Under the pieces are notes generated by a model. It made no database searches. It saw only the letters and a program-made list of their open reading frames with translations, and had not been told where the DNA came from. 64,000 nt of DNA. Origin: a virus. Taxonomy: Duplodnaviria > Heunggongvirae > Uroviricota > Caudoviricetes. A program made the translations under genes and the position numbers. The stretch spans positions 1 to 64,000 of the IMG/VR virus record IMGVR_UViG_3300010368_000011. The stretch is one strand, 5' to 3'. This document shows, piece after piece, positions 46,879 through 56,360 of the stretch (position 1 is its first letter; each line of letters opens with the position of its first letter).

Positions 46879-47537
46879 AGCTCATCAAACATACCACGCA
46901 TGATTCGTTTACAACTGGTGGACTTGTTAGACTGATGATCGTTAACCTGATCGTCTTGAAAACGATACGTGCGAATCTTATCGGCTCTCATACCAGAACC
47001 AATCTTTTCGCGCCGATCCTGATTCGTACCGTCCATTGAATCGCTATGAGACAACTGATCCAATTTTTCACACAATTCTTTCATGGCGGTGGTTTCGTTG
47101 GATGTTCGACTCTTACCTTGAATGGTTTGAACGATGCCGGTTGGAAGATGATAAAGCCGTAAGCAATTTTGATGCTTGTTGCGATTCTGTCCACCATTCC
47201 CTGTACCGCTGAACCATTCCTTATAGAAGTGCTCTGTATCGCGTAAGGCGTACCGTGGGTCAGCTTCGGCCTTATCAATGACGGCAACGGTCACGGTAGA
47301 CGTATGAACGCGTCCACGCTTCTCTGTGGGAGGAACACGTTGAATACGATGGCCACCTGATTCTTGATTTAATTTTTTGTGTTTGTCGGGTAGTACGAAA
47401 CTGATCTGATTATCAGACACATGTTTCTCGAAACTTCAACCGAACCGATTGAAAAGCTTAACGTATGCGGATGCCATGTCTGTCATGAATAGGCGGGCAT
47501 CTTCGCCACCTTCACCGGGTCTAATTTCTAGTTTCAT
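46869..47537 (-). CDS. class I peptide-chain release-factor homologue lacking domain 1 (PrfH/RF1-like: PxT-type PPT motif, GGQ motif), interrupted by in-frame TGA at 47438..47436
   Basis: AAGGAGG RBS + ATG 47537; N-part MKLEIRPGEGGEDARLFMTDMASAYVKLFNRFG, TGA, then same frame SFEKHV..SGGHRIQRVPPTEKRGRVHTSTVTVAV...FSGTGNGGQNRNKHQNCLRLYHLPTGIV...DKIRTYRF; colinear with RF1 domains 2-4; the TGA aligns with the conserved Trp of RF1 (YSRYAEARRW). Confidence 0.7.
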
Positions 47538-47565
47538 TGAAACCTCCTTGATAGTATTTAGGGTA

Positions 47566-47594
47566 TTGACATACATATTATAGGTGTTTATATT
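47566..47594 (+). promoter_or_regulatory. sigma70-like promoter (TTGACA-17-TATATT)
   Basis: hexamers and spacing; divergent from RF-like gene. Confidence 0.45.
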
Positions 47595-47635
47595 CATCAA
47601 GTCACACCAATCTATCTATCTATCGGAGATACCTC

Positions 47636-48139
47636 ATGTCAGCCGTAGTAATTCGTACCAATAATCAAGCCCTGCTTAACCGCCTTGCCAAAGAATATGA
47701 CGGGCGCATTGTTAAAGATGATGTATCACTTGGATACCAAGTGCCGGGTAAAGGTGGCAGTCGAATGCACATCTCTTTGTTCGCGGAATCCTATGAAGCC
47801 AACGTTTTGGCCAACGAGCCAACACTTGAACAATCGCGCACCTTGTTGAATTCTCTAACCCCCACGATGAAAAATATTCTGAAAACGCTTATTTCTTATC
47901 CGAAGCCGGTATCAATTAATAAATTTGATCGTGAAATCGTTACACGCGATATCGAAAATGTTATCCGTACTTTTAACGGACGTGCCAGTAAATTTGGCTT
48001 CGTGAATGAAAAGGGTGCTCCCGTTGAAGTCATTTCCGCTAACGAATCAAACGTTCGTGGTGGCGGAACTGGTGTTCGTTATCGGGTAGCTCAGACTGCA
48101 CGGCTTGCGATTCGGGTATTTGATAAATCGCTTGATTAA
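47636..48139 (+). CDS. hypothetical protein (167 aa)
   Basis: ORF track. Confidence 0.55.
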   Translation: MSAVVIRTNNQALLNRLAKEYDGRIVKDDVSLGYQVPGKGGSRMHISLFAESYEANVLANEPTLEQSRTLLNSLTPTMKNILKTLISYPKPVSINKFDREIVTRDIENVIRTFNGRASKFGFVNEKGAPVEVISANESNVRGGGTGVRYRVAQTARLAIRVFDKSLD

Positions 48140-48182
48140 TAACAATCATTAACCCCTATTAACCGATACGGGAGTAACTTCC

Positions 48183-48458
48183 ATGCATTCAGTCATACTA
48201 ACGTATGATGGACCTTCTGAACGGGCGGCGGTTGATCATATCATCGCTGGTCTACAGGAAGGTAATGCGGATTTCGTAGTTCTATCAGATTCAGCTCAAC
48301 CCATTAAACCTAAACGCACAAAACGTGCTAAGCCGATTGTTGACCCCGTTCAATCACCGGTCGAATCAGTGGTTGAACTTCCGGTAGAAGAAATCGTGCA
48401 ATCAACCAAGATCAAGAAGACCGGATGGTTTTCGACTCTCACTAACCTTTTCAACTAA
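48183..48458 (+). CDS. hypothetical protein (91 aa)
   Basis: ORF track. Confidence 0.5.
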   Translation: MHSVILTYDGPSERAAVDHIIAGLQEGNADFVVLSDSAQPIKPKRTKRAKPIVDPVQSPVESVVELPVEEIVQSTKIKKTGWFSTLTNLFN

Positions 48459-48469
48459 CGGAAAAACCA

Positions 48470-49105
48470 ATGACTGATAATATGAAAGCGATCATTCTTG
48501 AAAGCGATCAATCCGATGATATCGTTCGCGCAATCCTCGGATATATCAATGCCTCACACGCAAATGTGTCGTTACCAGTGGTGAAAGCTGAACCAGTTGC
48601 TGTCGCACCTGTTGCAGTTGAACCGAAAAAGGTTATTCGAAACGAAAACCTTCCAGCATATTCCGTTCCCCTGACCGTTGCCGATTATAAAGACACCAAA
48701 CTTGGTCATGGTTTCAAAATGGTGACACGCCTGACTAATGAGCGTCCAGCCACAATTGATGAGATTAAACATTTCATCACGGGTTCCCATCCACAAAACC
48801 ACATCACTCGTAACGATGCCATCATGCGTGTTATTCGCTCGCTGATTCAACACAAGGGTCGTCTTCCCGTACTTTCATGTATTGCTGCGATGGATGATAT
48901 TTCCGCATCCCATGTGGACTATAAGGCTGAAGCAGTATTCAGCCGGTTGATGCGTGATATGAAATGTCGTCGTGGGCAAAAGCTTGTAGGCACGAAGCCG
49001 TCTACTATTGCTTTTTACAAGAACATGAATGACGGTGCTCCATATGTTGTGTTGCATCCAGAATTCATGACGGCGCTATCAGAACTTGGCATCGAAACTT
49101 TCTAA
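48470..49105 (+). CDS. hypothetical protein (211 aa); N-terminus paralogous to next gene
   Basis: KAIILESDQSDDIVRAI vs RAIILDGGTNDVITAI. Confidence 0.55.
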   Translation: MTDNMKAIILESDQSDDIVRAILGYINASHANVSLPVVKAEPVAVAPVAVEPKKVIRNENLPAYSVPLTVADYKDTKLGHGFKMVTRLTNERPATIDEIKHFITGSHPQNHITRNDAIMRVIRSLIQHKGRLPVLSCIAAMDDISASHVDYKAEAVFSRLMRDMKCRRGQKLVGTKPSTIAFYKNMNDGAPYVVLHPEFMTALSELGIETF

Positions 49106-49115
49106 GGGGAAGATA

Positions 49116-49643
49116 ATGCGAGCGATTATTCTCGATGGTGGAACGAATGACGTTATCACCGCAATCAATCGGATTACCAGTAATGGTGATTCTAAAACGA
49201 CGCGACCAAAACCTACTTCCGTTGCGGCAAAACCACCTGTGCCAGAATTACCGTTCGAACCTGCATTGCTTCGAACGGTAAAGGTCAAGAAATCCAAATC
49301 CAAACCCGGTCCTCGCGATCATCACTGGTTGGGTATGGATTATGAATGGTGCACCCAAGTGGAAGCCACTCGTTTTCGGACCTTTACTAAATCCCGAAAC
49401 ACGATTGATATTCTGAATACATTAGGAAATTCAACCAAGGGTATGTCGTCGATTGAATTGGGTCAACGTCTCAATCTACCAACAGCGACAGCCAATTCGC
49501 GTTGTAAATCGATGATCAACGCGTTTACAATGTGTCAGAAGAAGTATTCGGCTGATACTCGTAAACCACATCGCATCATTTCTTATAATAAAGACGTGCA
49601 GCGATGGTTCGTATCACCGGGTGTCAGTCTCAAAGTCCGGTGA
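49116..49643 (+). CDS. hypothetical protein (175 aa), possible wHTH C-terminus
   Basis: trimmed to ATG after AAGGGGAAG RBS. Confidence 0.5.
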   Translation: MRAIILDGGTNDVITAINRITSNGDSKTTRPKPTSVAAKPPVPELPFEPALLRTVKVKKSKSKPGPRDHHWLGMDYEWCTQVEATRFRTFTKSRNTIDILNTLGNSTKGMSSIELGQRLNLPTATANSRCKSMINAFTMCQKKYSADTRKPHRIISYNKDVQRWFVSPGVSLKVR

Positions 49644-50244
49644 TATCAACGCTTATCTCTTCGACTTTGGTCACCTTGATACGGTCAAAGTCGAAGAGGC
49701 GAGCGTAATAAAACTTTTCTTTATCAGTATGGAAACTGGCAGGCGGATGAAATTTCCCGTAATAGCCATCATATCCAATATTGACCATCTCAGAACAAAA
49801 CTCAATATTATGTGATTCGTAAAAGGTGGTTCGAATAAGATCGACAATTGCACCAGTACGACTTTTTGATAACATAATCTTTGCGGCAATCTTTTCGCTG
49901 CCACTGAAACCTGATTTCAAAACCTGTTGGTAATTTGGACTTGCTCTCATCAATTCGAGCATCTTCATTTCGTTAGGTTCACCATCTTCTTTCAATCTTC
50001 GTGCTCGTGGTATCATGTCAATCTGACAATGATAGATGTATCCGCTTGGCCAAACATAAGATTGAACGGCTTCTTTCAATGATGTGAAAAATAAACTTCC
50101 ATTATTAAATTTCAGAGTATCGGGATTATTGAAATCAACTTCACGACCCTTCGAACCATAATAGAATATGACATTAGTCATCGGATAATCCTTCTGTTCG
50201 GGCCAAGTAACCCGTTCCTGAGTATATTTAATAAATACATGCAT
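49630..50244 (-). CDS. hypothetical protein (204 aa)
   Basis: ORF track. Confidence 0.5.
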   Translation of the reverse strand: MHVFIKYTQERVTWPEQKDYPMTNVIFYYGSKGREVDFNNPDTLKFNNGSLFFTSLKEAVQSYVWPSGYIYHCQIDMIPRARRLKEDGEPNEMKMLELMRASPNYQQVLKSGFSGSEKIAAKIMLSKSRTGAIVDLIRTTFYESHNIEFCSEMVNIGYDGYYGKFHPPASFHTDKEKFYYARLFDFDRIKVTKVEEISVDITGL

Positions 50245-50320
50245 AACAGATACATTATGTAATTCACACGGAAACGAGGGATGGCCATAAATATATCGAA
50301 GGTTTTAGGAGCAATATATA

Positions 50321-52678
50321 ATGGCTACACTAAGTTCGCCTAACGTTCAAGTTAGCATCAATAACCAATCGCAATATTCGGAAACGTATCCAACTACGGT
50401 TCCGCTCATTGTTTTAGCATCACGGGCTGGTAAAACCAACCCTTCTGGAACAGGTATTGCGGCTGGAACGACTGAAAGTAATGTGGTCCGTTCGGTCACA
50501 TCGCAAAGAGAAGTGTTACAGCTTCTTGGAAATCCCACGTTTGTCACATCGGGTGGAAATCCCGTTCATGGACATGAATGTAATGAGTATGGTGTCTTTG
50601 CCCTCTGGAATTTGATGGCAACCTCATCGTTGGCTTATTATGTTCGTGCGGATATCGATCTAGATCAACTGCTCCCATCAACTACGGAACCAGTAAATCC
50701 ACCCGTGGATGGAACTTATTGGATTGATAGTGATGCAGTAGTCGGTGGTTTCTATCGTCGAAATGCTGCTAACTCTGCGTGGGAAGCTCTTACGTCAGCA
50801 GTATACACAACCACACCGGGTTCTGGTGACGGAGTTGAAGGTAATATTGCTCTCGATTATTCGACTGCTAACGGAACCGTCAAAGTTAAAACAACTGCAA
50901 CAGTTTGGGCTGATATCGGTGCAACTGATCTATCTTCAACTGCAATCGACTCTCGTACTGGTACGACTGCTGATATTTGGTTGTCCGAAACAGCTCCATT
51001 AGGTGCTGGTGCGAATGATTACTGGTGGAAAACAAATGCTGCATCTGGTGGTTATAACCTGAAGCTTTCGAAATATCGTGCAAGCGATGCTACATGGGTT
51101 GAAGTTATTCCTACTCGTTCAACAATTGAACCAACCGATAAAAGCACAACTTCAATTTGGGAAGACCTGTCTTCTCTAACTGATGATGGTTATCATCCGT
51201 TGAAGGTTGGTAACGGTAGTGCCTTTGTTGCACTAACAACTGTTATCCAAGCAGCTGCACCAACAACTGCGGCGACTGATGGTGATTATTGGTACTCTGA
51301 TGACATCACGGATTTCGGATTGTACAAAGAAGTATCTGATGAGTGGATTCCTATCACTACTGTAGGAACAGAAACCCCAACAGCAGTTCAAAAGGTTATT
51401 AGTGCTTCTGCACCGACAACTCCATCAACTGGTGCATTCTGGGTTGATGTTTCTGGTGATAATCTTGATAATTTCCCAGTAATCAAGCGTTATTCTGGCG
51501 CTGTATGGGAAGACATCACGTCTTCGGTTGATATGTCGGGTTCTTATACAGCACCAACATTGGTTGCTAATGGATCGTTGTGGTTAAACCTTGATGATGT
51601 AAGCACCAAGTGTACGGTCAAAGTCTATGACTCAACCTATCTTCCGGTAACTATTGCTTCCGGTGTTAAAGATACATGGGTTTCGGCTGATGGTCACTGG
51701 AAACCAATTGCAGGTTCACGCTTCTTGCGTAAGGCTCAACGTTATATGGTTTCTTCGAAGCTTCAGGCTGCATTAGCTAATGTTGATGAACTGAAATCAG
51801 AAGCTATCTTGTATCAGCTTATGGCTGCACCGGGATATCCTGAACTATATGACGAGATGGTGAATGTTTCAACTGCGATCAATGAGCGTGCTCATGTTAT
51901 TGCTGATGTTCCATTCAATATGATCCCGTCTGGTGTCGCTGCTGGCAAAGAAGTTACTGTAGCAGATTGGAAATCAAATACTGTTGGTGCTTCTGCAACT
52001 GGTGAAGAAGGTTTTGCTTCCTCGTCTAATGCAATCGCTTCGATGTATTATCCACATGCCTTGATGTCAAATGTCGATGGGGTCGATATCCTTGCACCTG
52101 CTTCTGCATATGTCATTCCGATGCTTGTTAGAACAGATAATAATTCTGGTCCATGGCAAGCGGCTATCGGTTATTCAAACGGTGTTATCAATAAGGTTTC
52201 ATCTGTTGGATACTTGACTGATGCCGGTGCTTACAAATTATTGAACATCACTGATGGTCATGCTGATATTCTATATAATAACCAAGTCAATATGGTTAAG
52301 AATATCTATCGTGTTGGTCTTCGTAATATGGGTAACAAAACAGTTTACGGTGGTTCTGAATTGACCAATCGTGTTAACGTTTCTCGCCTTGTTTCGAAAA
52401 TCCGTTACGAAATCCGTCAACTACTGATGCCTTATCTCGGTCAACCCAATCTGTCCGGTACATGGTCATCTGTTCGTAATACGGCCAATCGTTACCTAGC
52501 GGGTCTTTCTGCTGCAAATGCCTTAGAAGATTATGGTGTTCGCTGTGATGAAGAGATAAATACCGCAGAAAGAAGAGCAAGAAATGAACTATGGGTTGAG
52601 GTCGCTATTATTCCGGTAACAGCAACTGAATTCGTTTATGTTGAACTTCGTATTGATGAACCGGGTACAACTATTTAA
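50321..52678 (+). CDS. tail sheath protein (785 aa) with inserted YW-repeat domains
   Basis: C-terminal region (…YNNQVNMVKNIYRVGLRNMGNKTVYGGSELTNRVNVSRLV…RNELWVEVAIIPVTATEFVYVELRI) matches conserved sheath C-terminal domain; strong terminator follows. Confidence 0.75.
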   Translation: MATLSSPNVQVSINNQSQYSETYPTTVPLIVLASRAGKTNPSGTGIAAGTTESNVVRSVTSQREVLQLLGNPTFVTSGGNPVHGHECNEYGVFALWNLMATSSLAYYVRADIDLDQLLPSTTEPVNPPVDGTYWIDSDAVVGGFYRRNAANSAWEALTSAVYTTTPGSGDGVEGNIALDYSTANGTVKVKTTATVWADIGATDLSSTAIDSRTGTTADIWLSETAPLGAGANDYWWKTNAASGGYNLKLSKYRASDATWVEVIPTRSTIEPTDKSTTSIWEDLSSLTDDGYHPLKVGNGSAFVALTTVIQAAAPTTAATDGDYWYSDDITDFGLYKEVSDEWIPITTVGTETPTAVQKVISASAPTTPSTGAFWVDVSGDNLDNFPVIKRYSGAVWEDITSSVDMSGSYTAPTLVANGSLWLNLDDVSTKCTVKVYDSTYLPVTIASGVKDTWVSADGHWKPIAGSRFLRKAQRYMVSSKLQAALANVDELKSEAILYQLMAAPGYPELYDEMVNVSTAINERAHVIADVPFNMIPSGVAAGKEVTVADWKSNTVGASATGEEGFASSSNAIASMYYPHALMSNVDGVDILAPASAYVIPMLVRTDNNSGPWQAAIGYSNGVINKVSSVGYLTDAGAYKLLNITDGHADILYNNQVNMVKNIYRVGLRNMGNKTVYGGSELTNRVNVSRLVSKIRYEIRQLLMPYLGQPNLSGTWSSVRNTANRYLAGLSAANALEDYGVRCDEEINTAERRARNELWVEVAIIPVTATEFVYVELRIDEPGTTI

Positions 52679-52688
52679 CTGTACTCAT

Positions 52689-52740
52689 ATCGGGTGCTAG
52701 ATTAAATCTAGCACCCGATCATTGACTGCCTTTCTTTTTT
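52689..52740 (+). terminator. rho-independent terminator after sheath gene
   Basis: 13-15-bp perfect stem ATCGGGTGCTAGA/TCTAGCACCCGAT then CTTTCTTTTTTAT. Confidence 0.7.
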
Positions 52741-52756
52741 ATGTCAAAGGTGGGTC

Positions 52757-54499
52757 ATGAACGAACTTAAAGAAAAAATCGAAAAAACCTTTAAGGTCAA
52801 TGGTCGTATCGTTTCTCGACGCCTGAATGATACATATATACAGACCAATAATCTTGAAGATTTGGTTAATACAATACACTCGACAACTTCATTTGTAAGT
52901 GAATGTACATTAGGCACACGTGTCAATATTATACTTAATGATATCAAACAAATTCCCGCCTGCAAGTTATCGGGTTGTGACAACTGTGTTCCTATAGCAG
53001 AAGCGGGTAACAATCTATTTCAAACATATTGTAGTAAAGAATGTTCTATGAAGAGTGCTTCTGAAGCTGCTCGTCTTGCCCTTAAAACTAAATATGGGGT
53101 TGATAATCCAATATATATTCCCGGTGTTAGGGAAAAAATCATGGAAACGAATAAAGCCAACAACGGTGGGGTGCATTTGTTTCAAACGGACGAGTATAAG
53201 AAACATATAAAAGCCCATTATCAACACGTCTACGGGGTGGATTTTCATACACAGGCCGAACAAATCAAAGATAAAATAAAGGTAACTGTTAGACAAAGCT
53301 ATGGTGTGGATAATCCATCACAGTCAGAAGCGGTAAAGGCATTAAAAATACAAACATCTATTGGTAATTACGGAATACCGAATCCGTCCTCCGATGAAGG
53401 TGTTAAAGCAAAACGCCAAGAAACCATGTTGTCCCGGTACAGTGTCCCATATTATTCACAATCGGATGATTACAAAAAACGTAATATAAAACCCGGAACC
53501 TATCTAGGATGGCATGATAAAGAGGACGAGATTAGACAACTGATAGATGAAGGTATTACTGGTGAACAGCTTAGTGCATACTTGGGTTTCGCTAATACCA
53601 GTAATTTATACAATACTGTTCTGAAGGAATTCAACATAAGTCCAGAAATGCTAAACCGAAACACAACAGGTCGATCTGTTCTGGAAGACAAAATAACTAC
53701 CATGATTTCCGAAATGTATGATGGTGAAATTATTCAATCATATAAATTACCTAATAACAAAGAGATAGATATATTTCTTCCCGCGTTACAAATAGGTATT
53801 GAAATAAATGGTTCCTATTGGCATTCCCATTTATTCGCTCCTAAGTCACAACATTTAGATAAAACGGAATATTGCGAGAGCATTGGTATTCAACTTATAC
53901 AGATATATGAACATGAAATTAATAATAAATCATCAAAGGTGATTCAATTAATAACTGGTTTGGTTAATGATAGAAAAACTATAGGTGCCAGACAAACAAC
54001 TTTTATGCGAATTGATAACTCAATGGCTGCAACCTTCTTTGATACCTATCATTTCGACGGGAAGCGTGGCGCATCGGAATGTTATGGGTTATTTCATAAC
54101 GATGAGTTGGTTATGTGTGCATCGTTTACAAAACATAAACAAGGAATGGAACTTATTAGATTAGCATCTAGTATAAGAGTGGTTGGTGGATTGTCCAAAA
54201 TATTAAAAAGAACTGGTTATACTAGTGTAGTATCATTTGCTAATCGATCTAGAACAAATAGAAATAATAATATATACTTAAAGTCCGGGTTTGTAGAAAC
54301 AAGAACTACTGCGCCTAATTATGTCTATATCTATGGAAAATATGTTAAATCTAGATACCAAGCCATGAAACATAAGTTGCCTGAATTGTTGGGTGATATG
54401 TTTGATAGTATGAAAAGCGAGAAACAGAATATGCTAGATAACAAATGGTTACAAGTATATGATTCTGGACAGATTTTCTATTCATGGAATAATGCTTGA
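52757..54499 (+). CDS. homing-endonuclease-like protein (580 aa): Zn-ribbon, tandem YGVDNP repeats, C-terminal Vsr/PD-(D/E)XK-like nuclease motif
   Basis: repeats KYGVDNP / SYGVDNP / NYGIPNP / RYSVPYY; C-terminal DIFLPALQIGIEINGSYWHS resembles Vsr/DUF559-type nucleases; inserted between sheath and downstream genes. Confidence 0.5.
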   Translation: MNELKEKIEKTFKVNGRIVSRRLNDTYIQTNNLEDLVNTIHSTTSFVSECTLGTRVNIILNDIKQIPACKLSGCDNCVPIAEAGNNLFQTYCSKECSMKSASEAARLALKTKYGVDNPIYIPGVREKIMETNKANNGGVHLFQTDEYKKHIKAHYQHVYGVDFHTQAEQIKDKIKVTVRQSYGVDNPSQSEAVKALKIQTSIGNYGIPNPSSDEGVKAKRQETMLSRYSVPYYSQSDDYKKRNIKPGTYLGWHDKEDEIRQLIDEGITGEQLSAYLGFANTSNLYNTVLKEFNISPEMLNRNTTGRSVLEDKITTMISEMYDGEIIQSYKLPNNKEIDIFLPALQIGIEINGSYWHSHLFAPKSQHLDKTEYCESIGIQLIQIYEHEINNKSSKVIQLITGLVNDRKTIGARQTTFMRIDNSMAATFFDTYHFDGKRGASECYGLFHNDELVMCASFTKHKQGMELIRLASSIRVVGGLSKILKRTGYTSVVSFANRSRTNRNNNIYLKSGFVETRTTAPNYVYIYGKYVKSRYQAMKHKLPELLGDMFDSMKSEKQNMLDNKWLQVYDSGQIFYSWNNA

Positions 54500-54524
54500 C
54501 AATAGTGTACAAATCATGTACAGT
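54496..54524 (+). promoter_or_regulatory. sigma70-like promoter (TTGACA-17-TACAGT)
   Basis: hexamers and spacing. Confidence 0.4.
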
Positions 54525-54545
54525 GTATATCCGAGGGAGATTGCT

Positions 54546-54953
54546 ATGAACCAAACCTGTGAAACTTATATCGATGTGCCTAATGGTCTTTGGGTTACCG
54601 CCCAAGGTATCGTCAAGGATATGATTACTCGTGCCCGTGATTCTGGCGAAGCGGTATGTGATGTCCGGGTTATTTCCGAACGACCATACCGGGAAGCGAT
54701 TGTCGTTGCATGGCCGGATGGTCGAGCCGTTTTGATGTGTTCCGCTATCATGATGATCCGTGATTGCAATCTTTCGCCAGATTATAAGATTGCCAAGTAT
54801 TACAAGAACCCTGTGTTCTGTACATCATGGATGAACAATACGGTCATTGATGCAAGTGGAAGTCGCAATGCCTTCATCTCGGAAGCGGAAACGTTGGTTT
54901 TTGATTATCCGGTTGTAACGTCACGCCGGTTCATGAATTCAGAATCCGCTTAA
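54546..54953 (+). CDS. hypothetical protein (135 aa)
   Basis: track ORF trimmed to ATG after GAGGGAGA RBS. Confidence 0.5.
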   Translation: MNQTCETYIDVPNGLWVTAQGIVKDMITRARDSGEAVCDVRVISERPYREAIVVAWPDGRAVLMCSAIMMIRDCNLSPDYKIAKYYKNPVFCTSWMNNTVIDASGSRNAFISEAETLVFDYPVVTSRRFMNSESA

Positions 54954-54964
54954 TAGGGAATGCC

Positions 54965-54994
54965 GGTTGGTCAGGCGATTAAAGCCTGACCAAC
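54965..54994. other. 11-bp perfect hairpin (GGTTGGTCAGGC/GCCTGACCAAC)
   Basis: inverted repeat between convergent small genes. Confidence 0.45.
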
Positions 54995-55075
54995 TGCAAA
55001 CACTGTGCCAGCTACCATTGAGCCGTATAATAGAACCATAATCAGTCCGTTGATATTCTGTTTTAAGAAACTCAT
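54971..55075 (-). CDS. possible 34-aa single-TM peptide, not in track
   Basis: GGAGAAAAGAAA RBS + ATG; hydrophobic MSFLKQNINGLIMVLLYGSMVAGTVFAVGQALIA. Confidence 0.3.
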   Translation of the reverse strand: MSFLKQNINGLIMVLLYGSMVAGTVFAVGQALIA

Positions 55076-55199
55076 TTTCTTTTCTCCGTTTTCCATACAT
55101 ACTTACTTAGTCTATCTTTATCGATAATCAATAAGCAAATCCGCAATTCCCCTATGCGTTTATGCGGGAACCTTCATGTGATAATCCCCTCTTAATGGG

Positions 55200-55228
55200 T
55201 TGACCCGGTTTATCCATACTGGTACAAT
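55200..55228 (+). promoter_or_regulatory. sigma70-like promoter (TTGACC-17-TACAAT)
   Basis: hexamers and spacing. Confidence 0.45.
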
Positions 55229-55249
55229 TATTAGGAAGTGGGATATATC

Positions 55250-55576
55250 ATGAGTGATAAAGATTATTTTTACTGGGTTCGAAACCCTTACGAATACGTT
55301 ACAGACAAGATGTGTCTTCCCGTTTCACAAGATAAATTCAGTAATTTGTTCAGCATGGGATCAAACTTTAATGGGTTTGATGCATGGGATCATTTGAGTT
55401 TTATCATGTGTCTTCCACAATGGGCGGATGAATATGTTAATTTCTCATTAGGACCGCTTGCTGTGGCTCTTAAAGAGAAAGACCTTATTCTCGTGTCTTA
55501 CACATGGAGTCGTTGGTCACGTTGTATGAACGAATTGATGCAGGTATCATTGATAGATCACTTCATCGTAAAATAG
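55250..55576 (+). CDS. hypothetical protein (108 aa), overlaps next gene by 73 nt in another frame
   Basis: trimmed to ATG after AGGAAGTGGG. Confidence 0.45.
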   Translation: MSDKDYFYWVRNPYEYVTDKMCLPVSQDKFSNLFSMGSNFNGFDAWDHLSFIMCLPQWADEYVNFSLGPLAVALKEKDLILVSYTWSRWSRCMNELMQVSLIDHFIVK

Positions 55577-55929
55577 AGTTTGATCTTCTTGAAAATTTTA
55601 ATGAACGTTGGGCAGCTTTAATACAAGCCGAAGAAATTCAATTAATAGAAGATGGGAATTTCCATAGTCCTACTCCATCATTCGAAATGGCATTTTGGGA
55701 ATCAGTCACCACGGTATGTCGTGAAGAGATGTCCGCATCAAGTGGTGATGAAATGGATGATATGATTGCTTCTCTTATCGAGAATAACATTGACCAGTGG
55801 AATGCCGCCAAACAAAAACCCAAATTGGCTAACTGGTTTGTTGGACAGGTAATGAAGGAATCTCAGGGCAAGGCTGATGCTGCCACGGTTCGCGAAAAAA
55901 TATCCACACTATTAAATCAAGATGGTTGA
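55504..55929 (+). CDS. GatB/YqeY-domain protein (second YqeY-like paralogue)
   Basis: C-terminal LANWFVGQVMKESQGKADAATVREKISTLL matches YqeY signature and the C-terminus of 31036..31467. Confidence 0.55.
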   Translation: MESLVTLYERIDAGIIDRSLHRKIEFDLLENFNERWAALIQAEEIQLIEDGNFHSPTPSFEMAFWESVTTVCREEMSASSGDEMDDMIASLIENNIDQWNAAKQKPKLANWFVGQVMKESQGKADAATVREKISTLLNQDG

Positions 55930-55965
55930 CAAGACTATCAGTGATAGGTATAAGTAAATCACTGC

Positions 55966-56040
55966 ATGGGTGTAGCTCAGTCTGGCTAGAGCATCGGCCT
56001 CCAAACCCGAGTGTCGGGGGTTCGAATCCCTCCACCCATG
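55966..56040 (+). tRNA. tRNA-Trp(CCA) (one C:C mismatch closing the anticodon stem)
   Basis: acceptor ATGGGTG/CACCCAT, D-arm GCTCAGTCTGGCTAGAGC, loop CTCCAAA, T-arm GGGGGTTCGAATCCCTC, G73-CCA. Confidence 0.7.
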
Positions 56041-56063
56041 CCAATTCCTTCAAGGAAAACATT

Positions 56064-56360
56064 ATGTTAAGCTTTTCGTTATTTGTATCCAATCCGTTTG
56101 TTGAAATGAAGAATAATATTCTTTTCGTTAAAGACTGGAAGGTTACAAAAAATTCTTCAATTGAAATTCAAGTAGATAGCTTCAGTTGGAATTTATCTAC
56201 CGGTGCATCATTACGTATTACTGGTCGAAAAACCATGCATCGTGGTGTTGATTTTGGAATATCTTTTCTTGGTGGCTCTATTTCATTTTGTCATTATGAT
56301 AACCGTCATCGCTATGATGGTGTCGAAGATGATTATGATGATTATGATAAAGTCGATTGA
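56064..56360 (+). CDS. hypothetical protein (98 aa)
   Basis: track ORF trimmed past the embedded tRNA to ATG after AAGGAAAA. Confidence 0.45.
   Translation: MLSFSLFVSNPFVEMKNNILFVKDWKVTKNSSIEIQVDSFSWNLSTGASLRITGRKTMHRGVDFGISFLGGSISFCHYDNRHRYDGVEDDYDDYDKVD

Noticed and set aside
55829-56092. 87-aa minus-strand ORF and N-terminal part of 55926..56360
   Set aside because: Overlap tRNA-Trp; plus-strand ORF trimmed to 56064.
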